In this document: positions 26,907-40,014 of the stretch, piece by piece | How positions within the stretch are numbered: position 1 is the stretch's first letter | Layout of the letters: each line of letters starts with the position of its first letter | NCBI GenBank assembly: GCA_030248215.1 | Contig: JASANG010000273.1 | Span: 1 to 64,000 of the forward strand | Origin: Enoplolaimus lenunculus | Lineage: Eukaryota | Length of the DNA: 64,000 nt | Direction of reading: 5' to 3' | The notes under the pieces: generated by a model | Seen by the model: the letters and a program-made list of their open reading frames with translations, nothing else | Told to the model about the DNA's origin: nothing | Databases searched by the model: none | Made by a program: the position numbers and the translations under genes

Positions 26907-29900
26907 TCACAACTGTTTTGAAATTAAAAACCCCTCTAGTCGTCTTAGTATCGCATTCGCTGACGGCCTGCAATTAGGCAAAGTACTCCAACATTCTGAT
27001 GTTAGCGATTTCCAATCGCACAACGAAGTGGTGACATTGTGCTTCAGTCGGGATGCGCATTGGTTCTGTGTCCTCATTTCACTTTCAGGCGCAAGATCGG
27101 AACCTGAATGTTGAAAAATTAGTAAATTTTCTGAATCTGATTGTTGTGTCGAGGGTACCTCGATCTCTTGATCATTTTGTCGATACTGGGAATGTGAAAT
27201 CCACTGAACGACATCCCACGACGGACGTAGGTCCTGCGCTACCACACAGTACACTATCGAATGTGCATCGCGTCCGGAAAATGGCAATTGTCTTGCAAAC
27301 AATTGCCATACTAAAATGCCGTAAGAATATATGTCAGATCCTGGTGAAGCGATATGACTGCGCAGCAACTCAGGACTGCAGTATAGCACGGTGCCTGGTT
27401 GGCCGAGTGGATAACGCGGCTTGTGGCATTGGACTGGCGACACTGAGCTTAACGCGGATGAACCAGAACGATGTCGTAGAATCGATACCTCCATGGCACC
27501 TCGGGGTAAACGGTGGCTTGAACCAAAATCCGCTTAAATTGAAAAATTAAAATTGTTGTATTGAAATTGTGTAAGTATCATTTTCTAGAATATTTTATTT
27601 GTTTCACAATACATTTTTGTTAACATACCGCAATTCTTTCTTGTGCCCGTGTAAAATCGGTGCATAACGTTTTTTGCGGGACTGCAATAGAGTAAAGCTT
27701 AAGCTTTAGGCTAATTTTTAGTCAGGATTTAGCTTAGGCCTGTGCTCGCTTAGAATTCGGTATAAGCTCATGTTTACGCTTACAATAGGCTTAGGTTTTG
27801 GAATATGCTTATACTGCTGTTGCAGTCTTGTTCTATTCAATGGCTTTTTTCTTGTATCGTTGAAATAAGGTAAACATACAGTATTATTGAAATATAGTTC
27901 TATAACCGAAAATTCTAATTATAGGTAATAATTAAACTTTAGTTTGTTATTTTAATATAGGCTGCTAATGCGGACGGGATGGCGACGTGTACACTAATAA
28001 TCTGATGTATATTCTTAGGCTTTGTATTAGGATTAGGTGTATGTTTGGACTTTGGGCTTAAGTGTAGGCATAGGCTTAAGGGCCCATGTATAGAAAAGGG
28101 CCGGATCGTTTTCCGAAGGGGCTATAATAGTGTCAGTTTAAGCTTTAGACTAATTTTTTGCTTAGGTTAGGCTTAGGCTTACGAATAGGCTTATCCATAC
28201 GCTTAGGCTGAGGCTTTGGCTTAAGCTTAGGCTTAGGAATATGGTTGTACTACTGTTCCGGCCCTGTTCAATACATGGACCGGCTTAAGTTTAGGCCCAG
28301 GCTTAAGTTGAGGCTTAGGCGTAACTTTAGGATCAGGCTAAAGTTTATGTTTAAGCTTATGCTTAGTAGACAGCTTCTATAGTTCACATGGGTCGGTGTA
28401 TATATATACACTTACATAATTTACAGTGATGGTCCGAACCGTCTGTAAGCAGCACGTTTCCAGGTTTCACGTCTAAATGTAATACTCCATTACTGTGGCA
28501 ATAATCTAATGCAGACGCAATTTCATAACACCATTGCCATATTTGGTGAACACGGGCTTCGGACACTTGCAGAGAGTCCCCGGAAAACATTGTTGAGCCA
28601 GCGGGACACTCTGAACACGGTAAACCAGAGGTAGCCTCAAAGAGCTCTTGCCGATCAAGCTCTTGTTGAAGGTTACGGCTTCCAACGTATTCGTAGACTA
28701 CCTAAAATTGCAGGCAAATAGTTTATATAAATACTTATATAAATATGTAAGAAAATAGTTTTATGAACATGTAACATTTATTAATGATCGGAAAACGTTA
28801 ATTTGCACCTAAAGCTAAAACATTTGACTGATTAATTAGCCGTATGTGTCAGGAGCAACGTGTAGGAATGTTCTGTATAAGCACTGTGAAATGTCATATT
28901 CACACTTGCAAGTATTTGCACGCAACGCACAACTCTGCAGCTGAAACTTTGATGTGGAAGATTTGTTCGTATTGAATATCCTTTATAACCATACTTACAC
29001 CTGCAAATTTCTCAAAAAATTGCTGCTGGATAACATAAGAAAAACTTGCAGCTGCAATTTTCATAAAACTTGCAAGTGCAAATTTAGAAGCAACATGCCG
29101 TGCCTGAGTTACTTACAGCTTGAAGTAGTTGCAATGTGAATTTCGACGGAAACTCATATTGTAAGCATGTGAGACATGCTTGTCCTAGTGCATATGCAGT
29201 AAATGCAATGCACATTGTGTTGTACAGTCGACACATATAGTCGACGAAGCATGCAGTTGGAAAGGCGGGCTACGTGGCGCAGTGGTAGAGTGCTCGCTTA
29301 AGGATCCATAGGCTGAGAGTTCGATCCCCGCTTTAACCCGCTTTTCCAGCTGCTTAGTAAAAGGTCTGATGTCCCGGTTCTACCTAGACTGACACATATG
29401 ATCACTTTGAAGACTAGGGCAATAAATATCATTCATGAGATGTAAATGATCAATTCAAACTCTTGACTTATAAGCATTTCAATTCCTAGAAGTTCTATTT
29501 TGTGCTCAATTTAAATGTATTCCAGTCAGCATAGCCGTGAACTGCAGTATATCAAGCAAGTATGGTACTCCAATTAATTCAAGACCCTTGTAAAAATTCA
29601 AAGAGTTTGCATTATATAACTCAAGAACTTTCAAATACTCCGTTTCCGATTGGCCAATCAAAATGAAGGTGTAAGAAATTCACGCGACTTGCAACTGAGT
29701 TCATACGCATACACTAAATTAATAGCAATTCCAGTGATTAAATTTGCAGCTGCAAATAAGTCAAATCTGTTGTGCGGCGGAACTTGCACATGCAACTGCA
29801 TGTGTAACTTTTTGCTGCAATTAATTGCACCTGTCAACAAGGCTTAATGCTTTGTTACCTGTGCAACATTTGTTGCAGCAGTAAACGTGAGGATTCGTAC

Positions 29901-32900
29901 AATGTCCTACGTTTAAAACTTAAGTATGCTTTAAAGATTCGAACTCAACATTATTTGGTCTTGGAGTTATTTCTGCACTACAGTTAGGAATAATTGAAAT
30001 TTATGGACTCCAATTAGTGTTTAGGGACTCATCTGCATACGGACTTTTATTAAACGGACTCCTATTGATTGGCACTCAATATAGAGACCCTCTTTTATTA
30101 CCCCTTCCCTCTCTTGTTCAGGTAGCTACAGTAGCGTAGCCCCCATGTTATATTTTGTAATATTTTTTCGGTATTTCGTAGGTTTGGGTCGTGCGGAAAA
30201 GTATACAAAGTGGTTGTAGCCAGCTTTATGCTTATTTACGATGCGATATAGAGCTGTGATGAAAATTATGGTAGCGCTGTTTGTTTAATTGTTGGTTATG
30301 CTAATAAACAGTCGCTGCTTATGTATTTTTGTCTGGCTCGCGCTGCGTGTCAATTCTACACGCAACAACAACAACTACCGACACAAGTTTTTGCAGAAAT
30401 TTATTTTACATGTCAATAGGCTTAATCCTTTGTTACCTGAGCAAAATTCGTTGCAGCAGTAAATGTCAGGATTCGTACAATGTTCGGATGTGACAGTTTG
30501 AATGCGTTCAACTCCGAGCAAAACGTCAAATCTCGGGCTCGTTCGCCGCTAAGTTGTTTGATGGCGCACATCCGGCCGGAATAATGACCAAAGTAGACAC
30601 AGCCAAATCCGCCGCGGCCTAAAATTCGATATCAGTGTCCGCCGAGATTAGTTTTAAAACTCATAATGTAATGTTTGCGAGATAGAGTTTTAGGGTTGTG
30701 TACACTCGCCGCGTGCTGCCGTTTGCAACGCCGCACGCCACCGCGTGCCACCAAATAGACGTCTAGTAGAGTAAAATATAGCGCAACCCTATAACTCTTC
30801 GCAATGCTAGTAATATATTCATTAGCTGAAGCATGACGCAATTGTAAGCGAAATCCTTTTTTCAAGGTGCAGTGGCGCTCCCAAAAATTCCACTGTAATT
30901 ATACCAAGAAGAAAGCATGAATACCGTTTCACTGTATGAAATAAAATTTTTCGGCTGATATTAACCGTTAATCTACGGTTCCGACAAAGCAAACACCAAG
31001 ATTTTATTATAATTCCTCTTGGACAGGAGTGTGCAACTACTGGGGTTGTACACAGTATAAAGTCTACCATTGCGCGTTGAATTTTTGCCCCACTGCTAGG
31101 CTAATCAACACTTAAACTACGTAGTAAACATAGGAGTTAAGCATACAGTCGGAGCGATTTGAGCTAAAATTCAAAATATTTGTGCAACGTACCTCTTTAA
31201 ATTTGGGGATTGGTCAAAAACGGAACGCTCGCTGGGTACATTCTATTCTACACAGAATCTATTTAGTTCCACATAGTGCAATCATGCATCATCCACTCTT
31301 GTTATAACCAAGAGTGCATGATACAATAGTGTGCAACTCTTATGGTCCCGCATGGTGCAAAATGTACAATCGGATGTTGGCTTTTGGGTCGACACTCCTT
31401 ATTTCGAGGGGAGTCGCTGTCACATGCAATACAATAACCCTAAATTAAACTATAAGCGGAGATTTTTGATGCCGTATACATACACTGCCTCGGTTGAGGC
31501 AGGTTGTACCCCTCCAAATAAGGGGGGGGGGCGAATGCCAAAACCGCAACGTGTGCTGAGTACATTCTTTTGTGCACAGAATGTACCCAGTTGCACACTC
31601 TTGTAAAGAGTCATTATCGACTCTCGCTATAACTATTTGAATTCACTCCAGTATATAAAGTAATTCAAAAATTAAAATTTAAAAACTTTTTTACCAATTT
31701 TAGCGGAAGGCATAGTGCTTGAATTAATGCGAGCAGTTGCTGTCGGAGTGGGCAGAACAAAACAACGTTTGACTGGGTGGCCGCTTGCTGGAGTGGGAGC
31801 AAATACGTCAGTTAGCGGTGGGGCTGCATGATCTTCGAGATGTTTTGGATCATATTCGGCAAAAGGATCCGTGTTCGATTCTGTGTTACGGGTTGACGAA
31901 CTTCTTGAACACGAACGACTTATACGGAAAAATCTGAAATTTAGAAGTTGAAACTGCCGAGACCCACGGACTGCTTTGAACTCGACTGGATCCTCTGCTG
32001 AAGGGATAAAGGTAACCAGCAATCTCGGCTTTGGTCCCACAAAACCGATCCAGCTATTCATTTCGTTATTCGCGCCTATTTGGCTTCACGATCTGTTCGC
32101 TCGCGAGTTTCCTTCTACCGTTAGATATTGTGCCCGTTCCCAACCTTAGTGATACCATACAAGGGGCCTATCTCGCAGGCGACCGGCTCGGATGCCCTAG
32201 CCGCTCCCTTGCTTCTAACCGTCACCCCGCTCGCTGGAAGGGGGGTGCACTCCCTCCGACATGAATATCACATGAGTTTGTACACTCCCGATTCCCGAAC
32301 TGAAATCCTGTCTACTCCCCTCCTGCCTACCAAGGGGAACTTACCTCATTTTGCTTTCTGTCCCGGAATCACCAGCCACTGAAATCCTCGGGGCAGTCGC
32401 AGACTCTCGACTTGAGGTATTCCTGCTCAGTTGGCTTGAATGTGGCGACTGGCCGTGGTCGTGGTACAAGCGACGCCTTTGTACTCGGAAAACAGCCCTT
32501 CGACAGGGAGAATGAATTAGAGCATTGGTTGCTTGGCTCCCTTCTACTTGAAGACCCAAAAATGGTGATTGTTGTTCTTCGGCTTCGGTCCAAAATAACA
32601 ATTTATTCAAATGTATATGATTAAAGCTGGAACAACCCACGTGCGTATTATGGGCACCGTACCAACTGTTGTAATGACTGTTTCACTTTCATATATAAAC
32701 AAGAGACAGCATATATATGCAAATTAGATCACATTCTTAAAAAGATTTGTGAGGAACATTTTTAGGGTTTCAAATTTGCAACCACGTTGACTATCAAGGG
32801 CGGACCGTTTTTCTGCGGAATTGCAATAGAGTAAGTAGTTTTTTGCTTGGGCTTATGCTTAAGTTTATCCCTACGCTTACGTTTAGGATTAGCCTTAGGC

Positions 32901-34522
32901 TTAGAAATTTGCGTATACTGCTTCTACGGTCTTGTTTTACACAAGTTTTATACAAAAACGTTTGTTCGGCATGGTGTAAACTAATAGTAAAAATAAAGAG
33001 AAGAAAAAAGGAAGCGGATAGTGATCAAAATAACGGAAACGAAAAACGGATAGGTATTGAAGTAAAACTTTCAAAGATGTTTCATTTTACTTCCTGAGAC
33101 GTGCAAATATTCGCCGGGCTTTCTAAAACTTTAAAAAAATGAACAATGCATCAAAATTTTTAAATCCTTGGATGAATTTCGTATTTTTTATTTCGGAAAA
33201 TTGCTGCATATCTGTAACGAAACATTGCGAGATAGATACATAATTCATAACAAATTTTAAACGTAAAAATATCAGAATTTTCTTTAGTCTTATAATGGAA
33301 ACGGGAACAGAAACGAACAAGCAAACGCTTAAGCCTAAACGTAAGCCTAAAGCTTAAGTCTGTGCTTGATATTTGCCAAAAAATTCTCGAATTTTTACGT
33401 TGCAATTTTACAAAAGAATCGATTATCTTGAACTGCAAACAAAGTTATCAAAGTTCAAAACGTACCGTGAAAGACGTGGCATTCAGTGACTGTAAAGCGG
33501 AACCGGAAGCTAAAACATTTGAAAACGAGGCGCTTCTGCGATCCCGTGTTGCAGTTCCGGTCACACCTTTTGTTCCGGGAATGAACAGCAACTGATTGCT
33601 AGCGTCAAATGTTGAATTGCCAGTTCTAAAATTGAAATTTCTAAATTGTTTTAATCGGAATGTGCTTTTGTAAAATTTGTCGTTGAATTAGATTTTACCG
33701 TATGTATCAGGGTTTAACCAGATATCCGTTTTCGTTTCCATTTCCGGTAAACACCGGTGTCGTTTCCGTTTCCGTTATAGAAATAACGGCAATTGTTATT
33801 TTTACGCTAAAAATTAGTTATCCCTCAGGTAAATATTCCGCAATTTTTCATTACAGATATACTGGAATTGTTAAAAATTTCAATACATCTATCATTTTTT
33901 CTTAAAATTTAAGAAAACCCGGCTAATATTTGCACGCGTCAATTATTCTGGCAAAGATAAGGCATCTTTTAAACTTCAATACATCAATAACCATTTTCCG
34001 TTTGCGTTCTTTTCACTATCATTGAGGATCAGGACGTCGCGCCACTAATCTAAATTGCTCTTTTGTCAAATATTCTTAGGGTTGCGCTATACTTGTCGTA
34101 CGGGGCCGTCCGTCGCCCGTATGGCGCTGTCCGTCACCCGTACGGCGCCGTCCGTCACAGTAGAGGTCGTTCGATGTGAAACAAAAGCTGGTAAGCGACA
34201 AGCCGAATGCAGTTTTAGTACTAAATCTTAATACAAATTTTGACATTTTGCTTTGGATAGCCTTGCGATTCGATAGTGCCCGGAGAACTTATATATTCCC
34301 TTACCCGTCATTAATTTCAACGCGGCAGCGTTTTTTATATACGTTTCCGCTGTTTCCAGACTTTGGAGTTAAATAGTGATCGGCGGACACCTGTGGGACG
34401 GCGCGCGAGGGGACGGCTGTAGATTGTGGGGACCGGGTACAACTGGCCGATGATGATCTGGGAGACCAGTTTGCCAAAATTCGGCGTGCCGTTGCGATAT
34501 ATAAATGATGAGGTGATGTCAT
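26907..34522 (-). CDS. mos: Mos-like Ser/Thr kinase (MAPKKK). Exons 34305-34522 (tentative), 32345-32626 (tentative), 31695-31933, 30437-30618, 28416-28701, 26907-27532
   Basis: [11 protein letters not shown]...[76 protein letters not shown]...PFSG...[14 protein letters not shown], which closely resembles the Mos C-lobe signature. All junctions are GT-AG and phase-compatible. Confidence 0.85.
28081..28281 (-). mobile_element. Family A TTAGGC-MITE nested in another TTAGGC-like tract (about 28010-28370) in the last mos intron
   Basis: GGCTTAAG|GGCCCATGTATAGAA...ATACATGGACC|GGCTTAAG, a perfect 8-bp TSD. Confidence 0.85.
29266..29430 (+). mobile_element. tRNA-derived SINE-like element or tRNA pseudogene
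   Basis: A box TGGCGCAGTGG and B box GTTCGATCC at tRNA spacing; poor anticodon and T stems; followed by a non-tRNA body ending in AATAAATA. Confidence 0.6.
29910..30135. repeat. Dispersed repeat shared with about 46950-47175
   Basis: AAACTTAAGTAT..GCTTTAAAG.TTC.AACTCAAC...TTTATGGACTC.AATTAG.GTTTAGGGA...CTCTT.TTC.GGTA.CTACAG is present at both loci. Confidence 0.75.
31283..31604 (+). mobile_element. Non-autonomous Helitron/Helentron-like element (family C)
   Basis: 5' hairpin CATCCACTCTTG..CAAGAGTGCATG and 3' hairpin G(A/G)GTACATTC..GAATGTACCC, followed by AGTTGCACACTCTTGT. The same 3' end occurs at about 19118-19171 and 58488-58539. Confidence 0.5.
32990..34025. mobile_element. About 1-kb fold-back element with long imperfect inverted arms, in the first putative mos intron
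   Basis: GTGCAAATATTCGCCGGGCTTTCTAAAA (about 33101) versus TTTAAGAAAACCCGGCTAATATTTGCAC (about 33908-33935); similarity extends inward and outward. Boundaries are approximate. Confidence 0.7.
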
Positions 34523-37370
34523 TATTAAACAAATTCTAGACCGTTGAAATAATTTTTCAGAAGAATAGTATTAATTAAAAATAGAACTAAGTTTCAAATT
34601 CTATTGTTGCATAGCTACTTTAGTGCCAATGAATCGAAAAGTCTGAAGGATAGTGTAGTAATATGTCTAAAATAAATAAACACTAATAAATATATATGGC
34701 TGCACACATGTGCAACAACTCAAATTTGCCAGTATTTTAAGTAGTTACCAGGATTGTTCATAAGCAAGTCCGAACATACCATTACCACAAAACTTTGAAA
34801 CCCGAGACATGCAAGCTGAGTGACAGCTCAAAATAACAAAAGAACTCTGAAGTCTGAGCGGAATAACGTTTTAATCAATTCCAGCTTTAAGTAGATATAA
34901 ATATATCAGATTCAAGTACTTTAGCACGTACAGGTTACATCAGCGCTCGCATGTACACATGTGGATCTGTGTACTTGTTTACTTTCACCCCCTTATAATT
35001 TCCACCCGCACATAACGAACCAAAGAAAACCTAAGCTTAAGCTTAAAGGGAGCCTAAACATAAGCCTAAAGTCTATGTGTGCGATAATGTAATAATATAC
35101 ACTATGGAGGCAAAGTTTTCGGCTTCTTTTAAGTTGATACTGGTGTGGGAGGACTAAACAAGTGATCGTGGGAGGGGAACTAATCCAGTACACGTGGGAG
35201 GGAACTAAACAAGTACCCAGGTGTGACCGTGCCTATAACCTTGCCGTATGTAACAGAAAATTCTAGACTACAAACTAGCAACAAATTTTTCCACAAGTGT
35301 GATTGCGATAGACAATCCTGTTGGCCAGATCACCGTGCTACGAGGGTAAAAACCTTTCAAGGACACAGCCAAGGGTTCAACGTTGAAAACTTTCTAGACC
35401 GAGCTGTTAAAGCTTATTGACAGATTAGCAATTGGCCATCACATCGTGGGGTGTCATCGTTGCACAAATGTTGGTGACAAATTAAATGGACTCTAAAAAA
35501 TATGACTTGTAGGAAATTGCTTCTGACCCATAATCGAATATATTTTTTGAACCTGTTTATATTTCTTACTTAAGGGCTGAAATTTGATTATTTCAGGATC
35601 GAAACAATGAGATGTGAGGGATGGGCACGCTGAGCTCAAACAAAAATTGTTATGTTTCTAGAACCGGAGTACTTTTAGTGACGTTTATACAATGCTGTGC
35701 TCGAAACCTATTATCTGTCACCTATAAAGACATCAATCTAATTCTTGCTCTTCGAGTCCTTTTAATAAAAAAAAACAAGAATTTTTGCGTAAGTAAACGA
35801 TAAATCACTGGCCGATCCAAGATCGGCGGCTACCGATGCCATGACCAGGAACCAAAGCCAAAATATTGAGTAAATTTTAATGCAAAAAAATTGCATTTGG
35901 CTTTTCGTTCGCTTCGCATTAAGTCTTTTTTTTCACAATTATATTTCTCGTGGCCCGGCGTAAAAATTTCAAGATCCGACGCTGGAACAAAGTTGGCAAA
36001 ATAAAAACAAATTCCGGTACTGACGGATGCAAGCAGGGCATTCCGGCCAAGCCCACAACAGCGAATAAAACAAACATTTTGTATTAAGGCTTAACACTGG
36101 GTTTGATTTCTCGCTCGTTTCGGCCCGAAAAATCGGGCAGCCTCAGAAATGCGCTATACTCACCGCACGGTGTCGGACACCATCGTGTGCCGGCGCGAAC
36201 CGGTGCGCGACGCGGTAAGTTTTTTAAAAATTGTCCCACACCACCACGCGCCACTGCATGTCTCCGCACAGCGCCGAATTTCAGCGCCCGGCATACTAAC
36301 GTATAGCGCAATCCAAGCTTAACAGAAAATTCTGGATTCGCCACAATATGTCACCTTTGCATGTTAATGCCGACTAAATAATCAGGTGAAACAGGTTTTG
36401 TTCGCGTGAAACAACCAGCTTAAAGGCAATAAACACACAGCAATTTGCGAAGATAACTGGAATTTTCTCGTTGACGTCACACGACATTTAGTTCTTATGT
36501 CATAACCAATAGCCTTTTCCAGGTGTTTAACGCTCAACCATTATCCTTGAGGGCAAAATATGCACTTCTCGAACGTGAAGAGTTTGTCAACCGAGTTTCA
36601 GAAATATTTTCATATTGAACTGTTGAATCAGTTGTGGAAGTCATATCTTTAGTTTTCGATTTTGGTGGCGGTTGGGTTGTTCTTTCATGTACCCTGTGTG
36701 GATTCGCTCGCAACGTTAAAACTTGAAATATTGAATTTAGGTTGTCGTACACTTAACCCTCACATTCAAGGTCAAGGCTTCTGGTCAGCCTCGCGTTTAT
36801 GCGGCGGTTTTAACTAAAGTCTTAAGGAAAGAAATGCAAGCTTTGGCAGAGCTAATCCTATTCCTAAGCCCCATGTGAAGATCTTGGGCGGCGTTTTTCT
36901 GTGGGTATTGAAAAAAGTAAGCTTAAGCTTTAGACTAGTTGATTTGTTTTCAATTCTGGTTGAAATAATTAAGCAACGAAAGTTAATAAGTAAACAGACA
37001 GCCAGCGGCGGATGTTAAAATTTTCGACGGGAACGCAATTTTTACTGTATATTATAAATTTGCAAACTTTCTGAGGGGCATAATTCTCAGGTACGAACCT
37101 TACCATTTTACCACAAATAATTTTCTGACGGAGGAGGCGTACACCCCATGCCCCCCCCCTAGATCCACTAGTGCTAGTAGGTGCAAAGACACTTGTTGGC
37201 TTGGTATCACGGCATTTCGTCGTTCGACAACTTGTAATGTAAAATTTTCTTTGAGTCGAGACATAGCTTAAATCGACCACTGACACAAGTCGGTTTCAGA
37301 CTTGAATCTCGTTTAAACGATTATGATTGGTCGGATGCGTTCGACAAATTCTTTATTTAATAACACATTT

Positions 37371-37555
37371 GGACCAATATAAAGAACAGGGCCGTAACTG
37401 TGAGATAAGCAGATACCTAAGCCTAAGCCTAAGCGTAAGAATGAGCTTTCACCTAAGCATAAGCCTAATCCTAAGCAGACAAATTAGTCTGACGGTTTAA
37501 GCTTACTGTATTGCAATTTTGCAAAAACGTCCACCCCTGATCTTTACAATGGGCC
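37371..37555 (+). mobile_element. Family A TTAGGC-MITE
   Basis: ACACATTT|GGACCAATATAAAGAACAGGGCCG...GATCTTTACAATGGGCC|ACACATTT, a perfect 8-bp TSD. Confidence 0.85.
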
Positions 37556-40014
37556 ACACATTTGGAAAAAATAACTGAATACTGTTATTTATTAACAATG
37601 CATAGCGGCCATCGAGAAGTAGTAATAGATTTTGCAAAAAAGCGCATTTCAACAGCTGGGAATCGCAAGCTCGACTTTCACAAGATGAACGACCCGCGAG
37701 AAATGGGCTAAAGATGAAAGCTTCCAACCGGTAATAAGTGCTACGCACATTTGAGAATATGAACACTAATTTCACATTCCATACAACAGCTTAACTGTAC
37801 CATTGCATCGTCGTGTGAGGACATATTAAAAAATCGATGTAGTTAATGTTTAAAACGAAACGTTGAGCGAATTTTATTGAATGAAAATTTGGTTCAATCA
37901 TAACACATGACAGTTTCGCGTATGTAAATTTTTCAATTTTTCTGGAATTGAACTCCAGTTTTTCACTACGCGACAGTTTTTATTGCAGCTGAAGCATGAA
38001 ACTTGAAAAATTTGCCAGACGCAACTCGAAAACTTTTTGTGCCGACTCATGTCTCTGCCCTGTTCCAAAATAAAACACGCATACAAAACATGCATTAAAT
38101 TATAAAATACAGTAATTAAAATATTTTACATTAAAGCCATATTCGCACGTGCAACTTTTTGTTGCGAGAACTTGCAGCTGCAAGTTCTGCGTGTAATTTA
38201 CAACTTCTCGTAACAAAAACATGCTCGAGTAAATATAGGGCGCAAATTATAATAAAACAATTTCGACCAATGTTGCCAATGTTATATTGAGTAGTGAATG
38301 AATACAAAAGGGACTGGCTCTTGTACACTCTGCTTCGCAGGCTTTAAGCTTAGGCTTAAGTTTCTAAATAGGCTTACCTAAACTTAAGCGTAAACCTTTG
38401 GCTAAACGTGTTTACCTAAGCTTAAGCTTAAGCTTAGCCTAAGCCTTAATCTTATATTTGAGGGAAAGGTGTACAAGAACCAAAACAACTTTTGTATTTA
38501 ACACCAAGCGAGAATTTAGCAAGGGCAGGAGGCAAATACGTGCCGACACATCGAATCTACCATAGATTTGAATACTGATTTGTTTGGTAGCAATGTGTTG
38601 TTGAATAATCGTTAATGATTTGCTAGTTCTATTTTAAGAATTTATATTTCAGTCGTTTCGTCGTCAAAGTCAACTGGGACGCTAACCTAAATTTCTAGGA
38701 ACCGCTGCCGAATATTGGCAACATTGGCTGATATTTTAGTCTAAATGTCATATTTTAATCGACCACTGACACTTTCTCAGATGTACTGATCGAGATCAAT
38801 GAAGCACTGAAATAAAGTAAGAATATTCATTCAAACGATTCGGCACCAACAATGATTATCTTTATGCTGGAAAAACCTATTTTCCAGTACCGTAGCCTGC
38901 TCAATTTGCTACAGGGACTCAAATATCGCAAAAAGCACATACAATAGTCTTTGTTGTATTACAAGCAAAGTAGAAAATTTTCTAGATGGTCAAAATTTCC
39001 CAGGGGGGCTGAGCTCCCCTGTCGTGCAATCCCTGTCGGCTATCCTGAAAAAGGCAACAACTACTTGTAAGTCAACGAATTTGATTGGCGTTTATGCAGC
39101 AGATTGAGATTTTAAGCAAGCTCAAGAATAAGCGACTAAAAATCATTGGCATATGAAAGGGATGGGATAAGTGAGATATATATCACTTCACAAAACTCTG
39201 GAGACACAAGAATGAAGGTACGTTTAACAAGCTTCAAAACATAACATAATCAAAAAGGGTCAAAAATAAGTTTTTCGCTCGTTTACGCTCAGTCGCAAAT
39301 GCATATTTTGCGTTTGGAGTTTATGTTGTCTCGATATGAAATCCTTGCAGCGTCCATGACTCAAATATGGTCCTTAAAACACAGAATTGCGAAGCGTTAA
39401 CGTCAATTAAGTTAAACGCAATGGATGTTGTTTCCCAAAAAAGTTCAAATTTGTGACCGATAGATTGAAGCCGTTGTGGGATTTTTTCCATACATCCTGC
39501 TATTAATATTGTTGAGTCGAGCTGCATCCTGGACCCATATCCCGAGAACCCGAGGCTATTAAGGGGCGGCTCAGTCCCTCTGAACGGATTTTGGTCCCCC
39601 TAAAAAAATTTTCAACCTTGTTTGCAACTCATCGATTACCCTTGTACACCCACGTTCAAAAATGTTTAGCAAGGGCCTGCTTCAACCGCTGTTTTACTAA
39701 GTAATCTGAATGAAGGTCGTCAAGGACGTAGTCAGCATTTCAGTTCGGGAAAGAATAACCTTATGAAAGCGATAATTTTTCGACATCTAGGATCCAGAAG
39801 GATCTTCTAAAGTTTGGGGTAAAAGTTGCTTTGGCACTTCAAAAGGTACGGGAGGGCATATATCCGCTCTATCTTTCTCTTTGTACATGTCTCTCCCGGC
39901 TATATGCACGCGCAATTCCAAAATATTGCTTAATGGTTTCTTGCTGTCCATCTTAGCAGCTCCACTTCCATACACGGCAACCTATTGATATTCAAGGGTT
40001 ACTCATAAACATAC

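Noticed and set aside
30619..30865. In-frame TGA just upstream of the kinase Gly-loop, suggesting a mos pseudogene or read-through
   Set aside because: A TTTTAG acceptor at 30619 joins exon 31695-31933 in phase to give KIGRGGFG, so the TGA is intronic.
39787..39981. Terminal exon of the Cys-module gene (GCRVWKWSC*)
   Set aside because: It would need an intron of only about 33 nt. Not excluded, but unsupported.
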